Source of the DNA: Candidatus Bathyarchaeota archaeon
GTDB lineage: Archaea; Thermoproteota; Bathyarchaeia; 40CM-2-53-6
Reading direction: 5' to 3'
Assembly (NCBI GenBank): GCA_963726255.1
Contig: CAVSBL010000002.1
Location: 2,144,001-2,208,000, forward strand
Length of the DNA: 64,000 bases
Of the stretch, positions 38,366 through 48,081 are shown in pieces. A program made the position numbers and the translations under genes. Under the pieces are notes generated by a model that was given only the letters and a program-made list of their open reading frames with translations, was not told the origin of the DNA and ran no database searches. Within the stretch, counting starts at the first letter, position 1; each line of letters begins with the position of its first letter.

Positions 38366-40810
38366 CTAAGTTGGTTTCTTCATCGCGTGCCTTTCTTCAA
38401 CTGTTGCGACTACGCGTTTCATTCTGCCTATGACATCTGCATTCAAGGATATGCTGTCTATGCCATTTTCAACTAGGAATTCAACAATTTCTGGGTAGTC
38501 GCTTGGAGCTTGACCGCATATCCCGATTTTGATTCCGTTCTTATGCGCTGTTTTGATTAAGTGTTCAATGGCCATTCTCACGGCCGGGTTCCTCTCGTCA
38601 AAGGTGCTCTTCGCCAGTTTAGCGTTGTCCCTATCCACCCCCAGTACAAGCGAGGCCAAGTCGTTCGAGCCAATGCTGAAACCGTCGAATAGCTTGGAAA
38701 ATTCTTCGGCTAAGAACACGTTCGATGGAATCTCCGCCATCATGTAGACTTGTAACCCACCTTTTCCCCTCTCCAGCCCCTCTGCCTTCATGAGCTCGAG
38801 AACGGCCTTTGCCTCTTCAACTGTGCGCACGAATGGAATCATTGGGATAATGTTGTGGAGGCCTAGTTCCCTCGCTTCCCTTAGCGCCCTGCATTCCAAC
38901 CGAAAGGCTTCTGCGAATTCAGTGTGCGGATACCTGGATGCACCCCTCCAACCAAGCATCGGGTTGTTCTCCCCTTTTTCGAAGATCTCGCCGCCAACCA
39001 GAGCAGCGTACTCGTTAGACTTGAAGTCTGAGAACCTGACTATGACCGGTTTCGGATCCATTGCAGCAGCGACCATAGCAATCCCTCCCCTCAGCTTTTC
39101 CACCAAGAACTGAGGTTTGTCATCGTATCCCTGTGTTCGGGCCTCAATCTCCGTGATGGTTCGCTTGAGGTATTGAACGTCCTTGGTCTTTGGAGGTGCG
39201 CGCAGGAAGTTTTGTGGGTCGCTCTTCAGCTGTTCGTAATTGAGTAGGGCGGCTGGGTGAATTCCGACGCTGTTTCCGTAAACAAACTCGATTCTCAGGA
39301 GACCGACTCCATCAGCTTTCTTTGCGTGGGCGAACGCGCCCTCCGGGACGGCCATGTTCATCATGATTTTGGTTCTGGTTTCTGGGATTGTGCTAAGGTC
39401 GAAGCGTTCAATTTCGAATGGTATTAGCCCATCATAGATGTTTCCGACGCCCGTGCTGCAATCAACGGTTATGGGGTTGCTGTGGTTGTGCAATAGCTGC
39501 GTGACCCGTCGTGCACCGACGACGCAGGGTTTCCCTAATTCTCTTGAGACGATTGCGGCATGAGAAGTGGTCCCACCTTGTTCTGTGACGATTGCGGCTG
39601 CTTTCTCCATTACTGGTTCCCAGGCGGGTGTTGTTTCCCTAGTAACGAGAATCTCGCCTGATTCGAAGTTCTTCATCTCACTCACATCGGCCATTACGTT
39701 GGGTTTCCCTTGCCCGATCTTGCCCCCGACGGCAATTCCTGCGACGAGTAGTTTGCCTTCACCCTTTAGATGGAAAATTTCCTCCAACGTTCCCTTGGAT
39801 GATTGGACGGTTTCCGGCCTTGCCTGCAGAATATAGATAGCGTTGCCTTCTACTGCCCACTCGATGTCCATTCTCTTTTGATAGTGTTCCTCGATCTTCC
39901 GTGCATATTCAACTAGAACTTTGACGTGTTCCTTAGCCAGCGAAAACTTAGCTCTTCGTTTCAGCGGAGTGTTAACGAACACTGTTCCAGCGCTATCGTA
40001 CTTTGCGTAGACTTCTTTCTGCCCTATCCTGCTTCCAACTATTTCCCCGGTCCTTTTGTAAATGTAGAACTTATCCGGGATGACCTTTCCACTAACAACT
40101 GACTCTCCCAACCCCCAATTTGAGTCTATTACAATTACGTTCTCGTTCCCAGAATCAGGGTCGATCGTAAACATGACCCCCGCCGCTTCGCTGTTAACCA
40201 TCTTCTGTATTCCGACGCTCAGGCCCACATCCAAATGATCGAAGCCCTTTTTCGTCCTGTAACTGATCGCTCTATCCGTGAATAATGAAGCAATGCACTT
40301 CTTCGCACACTCCATAACTTTCTCTTCGCCTACTACGTTCAAGTACGTGTCTTGCGCTCCAGCGAATGAAGCGTCCGCCAAGTCCTCAGCGGTTGCACTG
40401 CTTCTAACCGCGACCGGAAGAGCCGCGCCCCCGCTCAATTCCAAATAGCCCTCCGCAACCTGTTCTCTTAGGTGCGGAGGAAACTCTGAACTCAGAATCT
40501 TGGAGCGTATGTTCTTTCCAACTTTCTGAAGGCGCTCAACATCACCAGTATCTAGGCCGGTTAACTGCTCACGAATATGGGCGATTAACCCGGTTTCATT
40601 CAGAAATTCCCTGTAGAAGACGACACTCAACGCAAACCCAGGGGGGACAGGAATGCCAATCCGAGTCAATTCACCTAACGAAGCATTCTTTCCGCCAACT
40701 AACGGCACGTCACGAATCCCGATTCGGTCGAAAGGGATAACGTAGGAAGTCGCGGTCGATACTCCCGACCGCATGTCCTGGTCCAGTTCCGTCACTATTG
40801 GCTTAGTCAT
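38366..40810 (-). CDS. ppsA: Phosphoenolpyruvate synthase
   Basis: GGKNASLGE, RSSATAED, TSHAAIVSRE, SIGSNDL, GICGQAPS. Confidence 0.96.
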   Translation of the reverse strand: MTKPIVTELDQDMRSGVSTATSYVIPFDRIGIRDVPLVGGKNASLGELTRIGIPVPPGFALSVVFYREFLNETGLIAHIREQLTGLDTGDVERLQKVGKNIRSKILSSEFPPHLREQVAEGYLELSGGAALPVAVRSSATAEDLADASFAGAQDTYLNVVGEEKVMECAKKCIASLFTDRAISYRTKKGFDHLDVGLSVGIQKMVNSEAAGVMFTIDPDSGNENVIVIDSNWGLGESVVSGKVIPDKFYIYKRTGEIVGSRIGQKEVYAKYDSAGTVFVNTPLKRRAKFSLAKEHVKVLVEYARKIEEHYQKRMDIEWAVEGNAIYILQARPETVQSSKGTLEEIFHLKGEGKLLVAGIAVGGKIGQGKPNVMADVSEMKNFESGEILVTRETTPAWEPVMEKAAAIVTEQGGTTSHAAIVSRELGKPCVVGARRVTQLLHNHSNPITVDCSTGVGNIYDGLIPFEIERFDLSTIPETRTKIMMNMAVPEGAFAHAKKADGVGLLRIEFVYGNSVGIHPAALLNYEQLKSDPQNFLRAPPKTKDVQYLKRTITEIEARTQGYDDKPQFLVEKLRGGIAMVAAAMDPKPVIVRFSDFKSNEYAALVGGEIFEKGENNPMLGWRGASRYPHTEFAEAFRLECRALREARELGLHNIIPMIPFVRTVEEAKAVLELMKAEGLERGKGGLQVYMMAEIPSNVFLAEEFSKLFDGFSIGSNDLASLVLGVDRDNAKLAKSTFDERNPAVRMAIEHLIKTAHKNGIKIGICGQAPSDYPEIVEFLVENGIDSISLNADVIGRMKRVVATVEERHAMKKPT

Positions 40811-40955
40811 TGCGAACCCTCAAATTCTAAGATTCTACAGCTGAAATTGAGCCCATAACGTATGTACTATATTTCAACGTGCTGAAGTAATACGGAAGCG
40901 CGAGTTTGCAACCCAATGATATTACCAATTTCGGCGAGGTTTTCACTTGTAATCT

Positions 40956-41651
40956 TCACAGTTGTCGTCTAAGCCTCTGACGCCTGAGGGCCATCAATGC
41001 GACAAGTCCAGCCACGAGGCCTATTGCAATTGATCCAACTGGGAATCCCGGAATATTTGTAGTTGATGCGGTTGTAGTTGAGTTTGTCAGCGTGCTCGTT
41101 GCAGTAATCGTGCTGAGCATTAGTTGAGTGATCGTGTAGCTGCCGGACGACAGGTAAGCGACAATAAACCCGTCGGCATCCCTAGTGTTGGAGAAGTTTA
41201 CGAGAACAAGGTCCCACTTGCCAGAACTTGGGAGAGCGACATCAAAACCATACGAGATGGTGCTTTGTTTACTCACGATTGCGTTTGCCGCGTTCCCACA
41301 ACTTCCAGCTCTCAACCAGTCTTGGTAGCTTGTGTCCTGTATGAGATAGAAGTCCAGTGGAATGTCTGATGTGAAATTGCCGGAGGCATATTGGCCCTGA
41401 CTGCCCATGAATGTGAAGTTCCAGAGTTCGCAGTGTAAATTCGTTCCCGTCGTGGAGATTACCTTGAAAGCACGGCTAACCAGTTGCTGTGGCTGCGTCT
41501 GAGATGTAGTTAGACTGCTGCCCACCGTAACCGTACTCGTTGCTATCTGATTGGCTTGCGTTGCAATCGTAATGTTACTGCCGTTGCCAACAACTGCCAG
41601 TAACAATGAAGCGCCTATGATCACAACGATTAGTACATATCGAATTTGCAA
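40956..41651 (-). CDS. Secreted glycoprotein with PGF-type C-terminal sorting signal
   Basis: Signal peptide, N-x-S/T sequons, Thr-rich linker, IPGF + TM helix + RRQRLRR tail. Confidence 0.8.
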   Translation of the reverse strand: MQIRYVLIVVIIGASLLLAVVGNGSNITIATQANQIATSTVTVGSSLTTSQTQPQQLVSRAFKVISTTGTNLHCELWNFTFMGSQGQYASGNFTSDIPLDFYLIQDTSYQDWLRAGSCGNAANAIVSKQSTISYGFDVALPSSGKWDLVLVNFSNTRDADGFIVAYLSSGSYTITQLMLSTITATSTLTNSTTTASTTNIPGFPVGSIAIGLVAGLVALMALRRQRLRRQL

Positions 41652-41880
41652 GAAACGTCCCTAACTGATTTTTCATGATTTTACTTAAAGCAGTTTGCAT
41701 GTCAACGAGTGGTCTAACAATTGACATTGTTTTTCTGCTGAATGGGCTTCCGTGTCTCCTAACTGGCTCGATGAGGTATCGACGGGGTTTCGCAGGTTAG
41801 ATGATGCCTTGAAAGGTCATCCTACGAGCCACGATTTGATACAGTTTTATACGGCGGCAACCCGCATTGCCGTTAACGTT

Positions 41881-42009
41881 GCGGCCGTAGTCTAGCCTGG
41901 TCTAGGACGGGAACAGCAGTAGTCTGCTGACGTAAGCCTGCCACGCTTCTGATCGCCCCTTAACACGGGGCGAGAAGACGCCCGGGTTCAAATCCCGGCG
42001 GCCGCACCA
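41881..42009 (+). tRNA. tRNA-Gly(GCC) with two introns: 29/30 (41913-41935) and 45/46 (41952-41979); encoded CCA
   Basis: GCGGCCG/CGGCCGC acceptor; BHBs on CAGCAG/CTGCTG and TCGCCCC/GGGGCGA; spliced arm GGAGC-CTGCCAC-GCTTC. Confidence 0.93.
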
Positions 42010-42223
42010 CAGACACTTCATTCACTAGGGAGCAGGAGTCCGTGGCAATGCGACGTGTATTTTGTGGTCTAGGGTTGGGAATACGATTCTTGACTACGCT
42101 TCGTAGTTGCCCATCCTACGCGTAGCTCACGAACGACCATATGGAACATCATTGTGCCGATTACGAAACGCTGATATACCGACCTTCATGCCATAAGGGA
42201 ACTAGGAAAAATGGTGGAAATAA

Positions 42224-43147
42224 ATGCAAAAAACACGTAACCGACAACTCGCATTAGCAGTCCTTCTCCTCGTCGTCTCACTACTCGCAGTTCAGCCAGG
42301 AACAATCTTTGCAGACCAGCACGCACAACAGCAAGGCACATTCTCGATCAACGCAACAGGTCAAGCAACTCCTATCGGAAACGGTAACGGAAACGGGAAT
42401 GGCAACGACAAAGGAAACGGTAAGAACAGCAACGCTCCGAGCAGCGCATCGCTGACATTGACAGGTAACGTCGCATCCGATGGCGGCGACATGAAATTCA
42501 GCAGCCTTTCAGGTTCACTGCAAATCGGCAACAACAATTATCCTCTGTCGGGAGGACAGGGTGAAGGAAACAACAAGGGGTCATTGGAAATCAATACCAA
42601 CGCACAAGGCGGATCTGAACTAGTTCTGCACGGCAACATGCAGGGCGGCAACGTGGCTTTCACATCGCCTCAAAGCAAACTTGCTTCAATGTTCTTCCTC
42701 TCCCTCCAAGGCCAAGCGAGCATGAACCTCAACCAAGTAAACACGCCCAGCACCAGCAGCTCAAGTTCAACGTCCAGTAGTTCGTCTAGCAGCTCGAGCA
42801 CAAATGCTACGTCCACACCGACCGTCACTCAAACTGTTACAGAGACAACGACACAAACGGTCAACAACGGCACCACGACTATACTGTCCAACAATGCGAC
42901 CACAACGACCGTCACCAACAACCAGACAGTCACCGAAACTGTTACTCAGCCGCCGAACGTTACTGTAACGACGACTCAGTTAAACAACCAAACAATCACA
43001 ATCACGTTAACGACCACAAGCGGTAACTCAACGATAACGGAGACAGCGACCACGACGGTCGCGAATAGCACAATTACTGAGACAACGACCACCACAATTG
43101 CAAATACAACCATAACGGTCACGAATACAACCGCAACAACTACATAA
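42224..43147 (+). CDS. Secreted protein with GN repeat, beta-rich domain and Ser/Thr-rich tail
   Basis: Signal peptide; GNGNGNGNGN; poly-Ser; >100 aa Thr-rich C-terminus with many NxT. Confidence 0.85.
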   Translation: MQKTRNRQLALAVLLLVVSLLAVQPGTIFADQHAQQQGTFSINATGQATPIGNGNGNGNGNDKGNGKNSNAPSSASLTLTGNVASDGGDMKFSSLSGSLQIGNNNYPLSGGQGEGNNKGSLEINTNAQGGSELVLHGNMQGGNVAFTSPQSKLASMFFLSLQGQASMNLNQVNTPSTSSSSSTSSSSSSSSSTNATSTPTVTQTVTETTTQTVNNGTTTILSNNATTTTVTNNQTVTETVTQPPNVTVTTTQLNNQTITITLTTTSGNSTITETATTTVANSTITETTTTTIANTTITVTNTTATTT

Positions 43148-43150
43148 CCA

Positions 43151-43170
43151 CTCCCCCACTCCTTTTTTTC
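43151..43170 (+). terminator. Pyrimidine/oligo-T terminator
   Basis: CTCCCCCACTCCTTTTTTTC immediately after stop. Confidence 0.6.
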
Positions 43171-43361
43171 TGGCCCACCGGATCATCGCTACCTGAGAGG
43201 CAACTCAAGCAATTCCCACAGAACTGCTGGAAGCGTTCAATAGAATCCAAAACCATAACTTCTCCACCTCCCGTGCCTCATTAAGGAAATTAGTATCCCA
43301 TTTTGGGCAATGACTAAGAGGCCAAGTGCGCGCTTAGATACCGAATAGGCGGTGAATCGCC

Positions 43362-43559
43362 ATTAGGTGCCCTTACTGTGCTCTACCGATGGATTTTGTG
43401 GGCAGGTACATAGTCGACGTGCGATTGGAAAGCGCGGCCCCTTCACATCTGAGAGATTTCGAGGCCTGGCGGTGTGATAAGTGCGGAAAGCTTTTCGTGG
43501 ACTCTGGCGACGGGCAGCCTCATCAAACGGAGGGGCTGCCTAAAGATGTCCTACCCTAG
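43362..43559 (+). CDS. 65-aa zinc-ribbon protein (RCPYC...WRCDKCGK), probable ATT start
   Basis: Two CxxC knuckles, GGCGGTGA SD upstream, stop overlaps convergent gene by 4 nt. Confidence 0.7.
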   Translation: MRCPYCALPMDFVGRYIVDVRLESAAPSHLRDFEAWRCDKCGKLFVDSGDGQPHQTEGLPKDVLP

Positions 43560-43933
43560 TCGCCACGGAATTTGTCCGCTAACGACTTCAATTCTCCGTG
43601 GTCTAACACTTGGATTTTGGTTTCTAGCCTAATGTCTAGACCAATCTGGCGAAGTAACCCGTATAGTTGTTCGCCGGTGATCTTGCCCTTCACTCGGCCA
43701 ATTCGGACAAGTTCAGCTAACTCTCGGAAGATCTGGTCCGCTATACTTGGGTACTGCTGCCTTGTCGCATGGTATACTTCCCAAGCGCGCCCCACGAATA
43801 CTTTCTCGAGAATCTTAGTAGGCTCAATTTTTCCTGCCGTGGCTTGGGATTGTTCCTGCCTTGCATTCAGCCTTTTCTGCATCTCCGCTAATCGTTGGCG
43901 TTTGAGTCGCTCAAGTTCCGAATCGTTGCTCAT
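43556..43933 (-). CDS. PDCD5-like DNA-binding protein (second paralog)
   Basis: DSELERLKRQRLAEMQK; KITGEQLYGLLRQIG. Confidence 0.8.
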   Translation of the reverse strand: MSNDSELERLKRQRLAEMQKRLNARQEQSQATAGKIEPTKILEKVFVGRAWEVYHATRQQYPSIADQIFRELAELVRIGRVKGKITGEQLYGLLRQIGLDIRLETKIQVLDHGELKSLADKFRGD

Positions 43934-43940
43934 TCTTGTG

Positions 43941-44669
43941 TCACTTTTGGTTTGTAGGGTTGATGCGGTTTTGGGTGAGCCCTAATGCCCATTCGAAGTC
44001 ATAAACAAAACGCCCTGCTACGACCCACGCGTCAAGCGGGCGTCGGTCCACGGAGAAGAGCTCACCAATTGATTGCCTCGTTTCCCCGGTGAAGTGCCCC
44101 CTTGGAAATGCGCCGATTAAGGCTAAGAGGTCTTTGATTTTGCTTGCTTGCTCGGCAATAGTCTTCATCAACGTGGGCTTGCCCAGCGTACTGAATCCGA
44201 TGACCTTGTCCGGCGCCAACTTACCGACGAGCCCGAGCAAGTTACCTTTGTCGAGGCTTAGCAGTGCCTCACCTTCCCTAGGGACCCTATTCTGGGTATA
44301 GAGCTGCTCAATCAACCCAACGAAACGCAGGTAGTTCTTTGGGAGACGAACCTTTGGATTGATAGTGATGACGCGATCATCCTGCGTGTGCACAAGCACG
44401 CGAAGGTGCCCCTCCCAATTCAGCGGTGTTTCAAGCACTTGGAGGAGCGTGTTGTGAACGATGTCAGGCCTACCCATCTTCTCGACTGGAATCGGATACC
44501 GGAGCTGAGCAAGCCTACGCATAGCCGTATTATGGAACGCCCTATCCAGTAGAACTTCACCCGCTCCCTTTCCCCTTCGCTCAGCGAATCTTTTGATCTG
44601 GGGATGGGACTGTATCTGCCGGGGGACAAGCTGTAACGCCGATTCTACCAGTACCAGTGTCAATACCAT
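43941..44669 (-). CDS. nep1: 16S rRNA pseudouridine methyltransferase Nep1/Emg1
   Basis: GRPDIVH, RLPKNYLRFVGLIEQL, IGAFPRGHF. Confidence 0.93.
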   Translation of the reverse strand: MVLTLVLVESALQLVPRQIQSHPQIKRFAERRGKGAGEVLLDRAFHNTAMRRLAQLRYPIPVEKMGRPDIVHNTLLQVLETPLNWEGHLRVLVHTQDDRVITINPKVRLPKNYLRFVGLIEQLYTQNRVPREGEALLSLDKGNLLGLVGKLAPDKVIGFSTLGKPTLMKTIAEQASKIKDLLALIGAFPRGHFTGETRQSIGELFSVDRRPLDAWVVAGRFVYDFEWALGLTQNRINPTNQK

Positions 44670-44750
44670 ATGGACGTCAAAGCCGTTGCCGCAGCGCCGC
44701 CACAAAAAGGTTACAAGACCATTCCCTAACCTCCTAACGCGGTCGGCCTT

Positions 44751-45089
44751 TTGGCTTGGAGAAAGAGCGGAAGCGTCAAGGAGATTGCGCGCGAGCGAAT
44801 TAGGATACTTCTCGCGCTTGCGAAGAAAGCTTTTCCAACGGATCGGGTGCTATCGAAAAGGTACGTGGAGCTCGCTAGTAGGATTGGAATGAAAGCCGGC
44901 GTTCGGCTACCCAGGGAGGAGAAACTTTTCATCTGTAAGCGATGTGGAACCCTTCTTGTCCCGGGAGCCAACTGCCGAGTCCGAACACGCGCAGAGTTTG
45001 GGACAACGGTGTTAATTACCTGTTTGGAATGTGGAACAAAGAAACGGTACCCTACAGTGAGGGAACGGCTTTCGAAAAGAAGCAAATGA
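44751..45089 (+). CDS. rnp4: RNase P protein component 4 (Rpp21)
   Basis: IARERIRIL, CKRCGTLLVPG, CLECG. Confidence 0.93.
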   Translation: MAWRKSGSVKEIARERIRILLALAKKAFPTDRVLSKRYVELASRIGMKAGVRLPREEKLFICKRCGTLLVPGANCRVRTRAEFGTTVLITCLECGTKKRYPTVRERLSKRSK

Positions 45090-45364
45090 GACGTCTGCAA
45101 TCCAGGTCTCGGAGAACAGACGCAACAATTTGGATTGGAAAAGAAGGGCCATCACAGGAACTCTTGAAACACGTCACGAACCAGCTCAGGACCCTCGAGA
45201 TGGTCAAAGTCAAGGTTCAAAAGTCCGCTTTAGCAGAGACTGAAACCGCTCTTCTTGCAGAAAAGGTAGCATCTTCAACAGGTTCAACTCTCATAGAGGT
45301 AATGGGCCACACATTCACACTCTACAAACGCCGAGAAGTAACTCGACCCGAAAGAAAGCGCTGA
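45086..45364 (+). CDS. YhbY/CRM RNA-binding protein
   Basis: IWIGKEG, EMVKVKV, MGHTFTLYK. Confidence 0.9.
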   Translation: MRRLQSRSRRTDATIWIGKEGPSQELLKHVTNQLRTLEMVKVKVQKSALAETETALLAEKVASSTGSTLIEVMGHTFTLYKRREVTRPERKR

Positions 45365-45453
45365 GAAGTAATTACAGGCAATGGTCGTCAAACTAGATTT
45401 ATATGGCGCTCTCCGGTTGTAACGTGAAGATTCCAACACCGGGATGAATCTCA

Positions 45454-45897
45454 ATGCCAACGCCACTGGATATTCCTTCAGATACACTAATCGACAATCT
45501 GTCGAAATTTCTGAAGGAGAATGTGGGTGAGGTCGCTCCGCCAGCTTGGGCATTAACCGCTAAAACCGGTTCTCATCGAGAGCGTCCCCCTGCAAATCCG
45601 GATTGGTGGTACAATCGTTGCGCTTCTCTACTACGAAAGCTGTACCTACATGGTCCTGTAGGGATAGCTCGCCTACGGGTAGAATATGGGGGCCGCTTGC
45701 GTCATGGGACTCACATCGAACATTCCAGAGTCGCTGGGGGCTCAGCTATCAGGGAACCGCTTCAGCAGCTTCAGAAGGCCGGTTTCATCGCCGTTGAGGC
45801 CAAAAAGGGCAGGAGGCTAACGCCCGAAGGAGTAGCCCTCCTCAACCGAGTGACCGCCGACGTTCTGAAGGGTGCCAAGAAGGCGGAAGGCCAGTGA
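45454..45897 (+). CDS. rps19e: 30S ribosomal protein S19e
   Basis: KTGSHRERPP, WWYNRCASLLRKLY. Confidence 0.97.
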   Translation: MPTPLDIPSDTLIDNLSKFLKENVGEVAPPAWALTAKTGSHRERPPANPDWWYNRCASLLRKLYLHGPVGIARLRVEYGGRLRHGTHIEHSRVAGGSAIREPLQQLQKAGFIAVEAKKGRRLTPEGVALLNRVTADVLKGAKKAEGQ

Positions 45898-46247
45898 TGA
45901 TGAGCGAAGATGAAGAGTACTCTGACGAGGAACTTGAAGAGATAAGGCGAAGGAGATACTCAGACCTTCAACGCGCTGCAGTGGATGAACAGAGGCAAGC
46001 AGAGACTCGCAGGCAATTCGACGCCCAAAAACAAGCCGCACTCAAACTAATACTAACGCCCGAGGCAAGGCAAAGATTGACAAATATCCGAATGGTGAAA
46101 CCAGAGTTCGCAGACCAAATTGAACTACAACTAATTCAACTTGCTCAGTCAGGGAGAATCAAGGTTCCAATAAGTGATGAGCAATTGAAGGAAGCGCTCG
46201 CTCGATTACAATCGGGACGAAAGGAGATTCGAATTAGGAGGGCTTAA
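45894..46247 (+). CDS. PDCD5-like DNA-binding protein
   Basis: ILTPEARQRLTNIRMVKPE. Confidence 0.93.
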   Translation: MMMSEDEEYSDEELEEIRRRRYSDLQRAAVDEQRQAETRRQFDAQKQAALKLILTPEARQRLTNIRMVKPEFADQIELQLIQLAQSGRIKVPISDEQLKEALARLQSGRKEIRIRRA

Positions 46248-46250
46248 TTC

Positions 46251-46406
46251 ATGGCACGAAACAAACCGACCGCACGAAAACGTAGACTCGCCAGCGCGCT
46301 GAAGACAAGAAAACCCGTCCCAACGTGGGTGATGGCAAAAACCTCCGGGCACACTAGGACTCATCCGAAGAAGCGCCAATGGCGGAGAACGAAACTGAAA
46401 GCATAG
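46251..46406 (+). CDS. rpl39e: 50S ribosomal protein L39e (51 aa, missed by ORF track)
   Basis: [14 protein letters not shown]...VPTWV...RQWRRTKLK; conserved position. Confidence 0.96.
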   Translation: MARNKPTARKRRLASALKTRKPVPTWVMAKTSGHTRTHPKKRQWRRTKLKA

Positions 46407-46421
46407 GGGAGATGATTTAGA

Positions 46422-46847
46422 TTGAGCGAAGCTGAAACGAAAGAGGAAGAAGTTGTAGAGTCTGAGGAAGAGAAGCTCGAAGAGACTGCCAGCGAAAGCC
46501 CTCAGCCCGTAGAAGAAGAGAAGACCGAAGTAGAGACTGCCCCCGCTGCTGAAGCGGAGGAGGCTGAAGGCGAAGAAGAGATAGAAGTAGTCGAAGAAAA
46601 AATCTACACTATTCCGCTTCGGCACGTATGGGTGGTGACACCTCGCGGCAAAAGGGCACCACGGGCGGTGAGAGATGTGAGGGATTTTGTTGCACGACAC
46701 ATGAAGGCGGAGGAAGTGGCGATCAGCAACGAAGTGAACGCCGCGCTGTGGGCTCGAAGCATCAACAAACCACCCAGGAAGATTACAGTTCGCGCTGTCA
46801 AGGATAAGGAAGGGAAAGTAATAGTCTACCCCTCAAAAGCCGCTTAG
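46422..46847 (+). CDS. rpl31e: 50S ribosomal protein L31e with acidic N-terminal extension
   Basis: EKIYTIPLR, KRAPRAV, LWARSINKPPRKI. Confidence 0.95.
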   Translation: MSEAETKEEEVVESEEEKLEETASESPQPVEEEKTEVETAPAAEAEEAEGEEEIEVVEEKIYTIPLRHVWVVTPRGKRAPRAVRDVRDFVARHMKAEEVAISNEVNAALWARSINKPPRKITVRAVKDKEGKVIVYPSKAA

Positions 46848-46889
46848 ACCCGTTTTGTTTCGCTTACCTGAGATGATGGGAATCTAGGA

Positions 46890-47552
46890 ATGGCCATCAT
46901 CCTCGCCGATGTCTTCGGCAGCCCGAATATCGGCGTATACTGTTTCTGCAACGAGAGATTAGCCATAGTGCCGCCGGGGCTGACGAACCGTAAGATCAAT
47001 CAGTTCGCAGAAACCCTCGGGGTTAACGTGTGCAAGACCACGATTGGAGGTTCCACATTAGTTGGGGCGCTCGTGACCGGGAACTCTAACTGTGTATTAG
47101 TTCCGCACATAATCCGAGAATATGAACTGGAAAGAATCCGGAAAGAGTTCCTGAAGGTGGTTGTAGTTGAATCGAAGTGGACAGCGTTGGGGAACGTTGT
47201 CTTGGCTAATGACCTAGGTGCGGTCGTTCACTCGGAAGCGCCTAGGGATATCGTTGAAGCCGTAAATGATGAGCTGGAAGTGAAACCTGTGTTTGGCAAC
47301 ATAGCGAAATTGCCCTTCGTCGGAGCATTGGGCATCGCTACGAACAAGGGCGCAATAGTCAGCCCGCACGCCTTGGAAGAGGAGCAGGCCATACTAGAAT
47401 CTGCATTGCATGTGACTGTTGAACCGAGTTCGACCAACGGTGGCGTACCTTTTGTTAAATCAGGGATACTTGCGAATTCAAAGGGCGCCGTAGTAGGCCC
47501 GCTGACTCGCGGCGCCGAACTGATGCAGATTAGCCGTACGCTAGGGGTCTAG
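46890..47552 (+). CDS. eif6: Translation initiation factor 6
   Basis: GSPNIGVY, GNVVLAND, NGGVPFVKSG. Confidence 0.95.
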   Translation: MAIILADVFGSPNIGVYCFCNERLAIVPPGLTNRKINQFAETLGVNVCKTTIGGSTLVGALVTGNSNCVLVPHIIREYELERIRKEFLKVVVVESKWTALGNVVLANDLGAVVHSEAPRDIVEAVNDELEVKPVFGNIAKLPFVGALGIATNKGAIVSPHALEEEQAILESALHVTVEPSSTNGGVPFVKSGILANSKGAVVGPLTRGAELMQISRTLGV

Positions 47553-47589
47553 TGAATAGTCGACAATGCTTGTGTAAAACCTCGTTCGG

Positions 47590-48081
47590 TTACGCAGCTT
47601 TCTGGAATAGTTGATCCCACTTTCCTTGGTCCAGTTCTTTCTGGACCTCGCGTGGGTCTTTTCCTTCGATTGTGATTCCGAGGCTAACGCAGGTTCCCAT
47701 GACCTCCTTCGCGGTCGTCCTGACGGATTTTGCGTAGCTACTGGGCATCTTCATCGCAGCTATTTTGGCTACTTGGTCCATCGTGAGGTTTCCTACTTTC
47801 TCGGCCTTGGGGTTGCCTGAACCTTTCGGAATCCCAAGTTCTTTCACGATCAGGGCTGATGTAGTAGGCGTTCCAATTTCGACTTCGAATTCCTTTGTGT
47901 CAACGTCTACGACAACGCGGACGGGCACTTTCATGCCCGCGTATGCCTTTGTCAATTCATTGATCTTGTTAACGATCTGGAGGACGTTGACTCCGAGGGG
48001 TCCTAAGGCTGGTCCTAGCGGTGGACCGGCGTTGGCTTCGCCACCGCTCAGTAATGCTTCAACTTGCTTCTTGTCGCCCAA
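47590..48081 (-). CDS. rpl11: 50S ribosomal protein L11
   Basis: GPPLGPALGPLGVN, GMKVPV. Confidence 0.97.
   Translation of the reverse strand: MGDKKQVEALLSGGEANAGPPLGPALGPLGVNVLQIVNKINELTKAYAGMKVPVRVVVDVDTKEFEVEIGTPTTSALIVKELGIPKGSGNPKAEKVGNLTMDQVAKIAAMKMPSSYAKSVRTTAKEVMGTCVSLGITIEGKDPREVQKELDQGKWDQLFQKAA

Noticed and set aside
42082-42126. ACTACG-CTT-CGTAGT hairpin resembling tRNA-Phe intron 2 stem
   Set aside because: Only a 6-nt match with no flanking BHB or tRNA exon; compatible with chance.
43556-46247. Two PDCD5-like paralogs flanking nep1-rnp4-yhbY-rps19e
   Set aside because: A second PDCD5-like gene is familiar in TACK archaea; recorded as features only.
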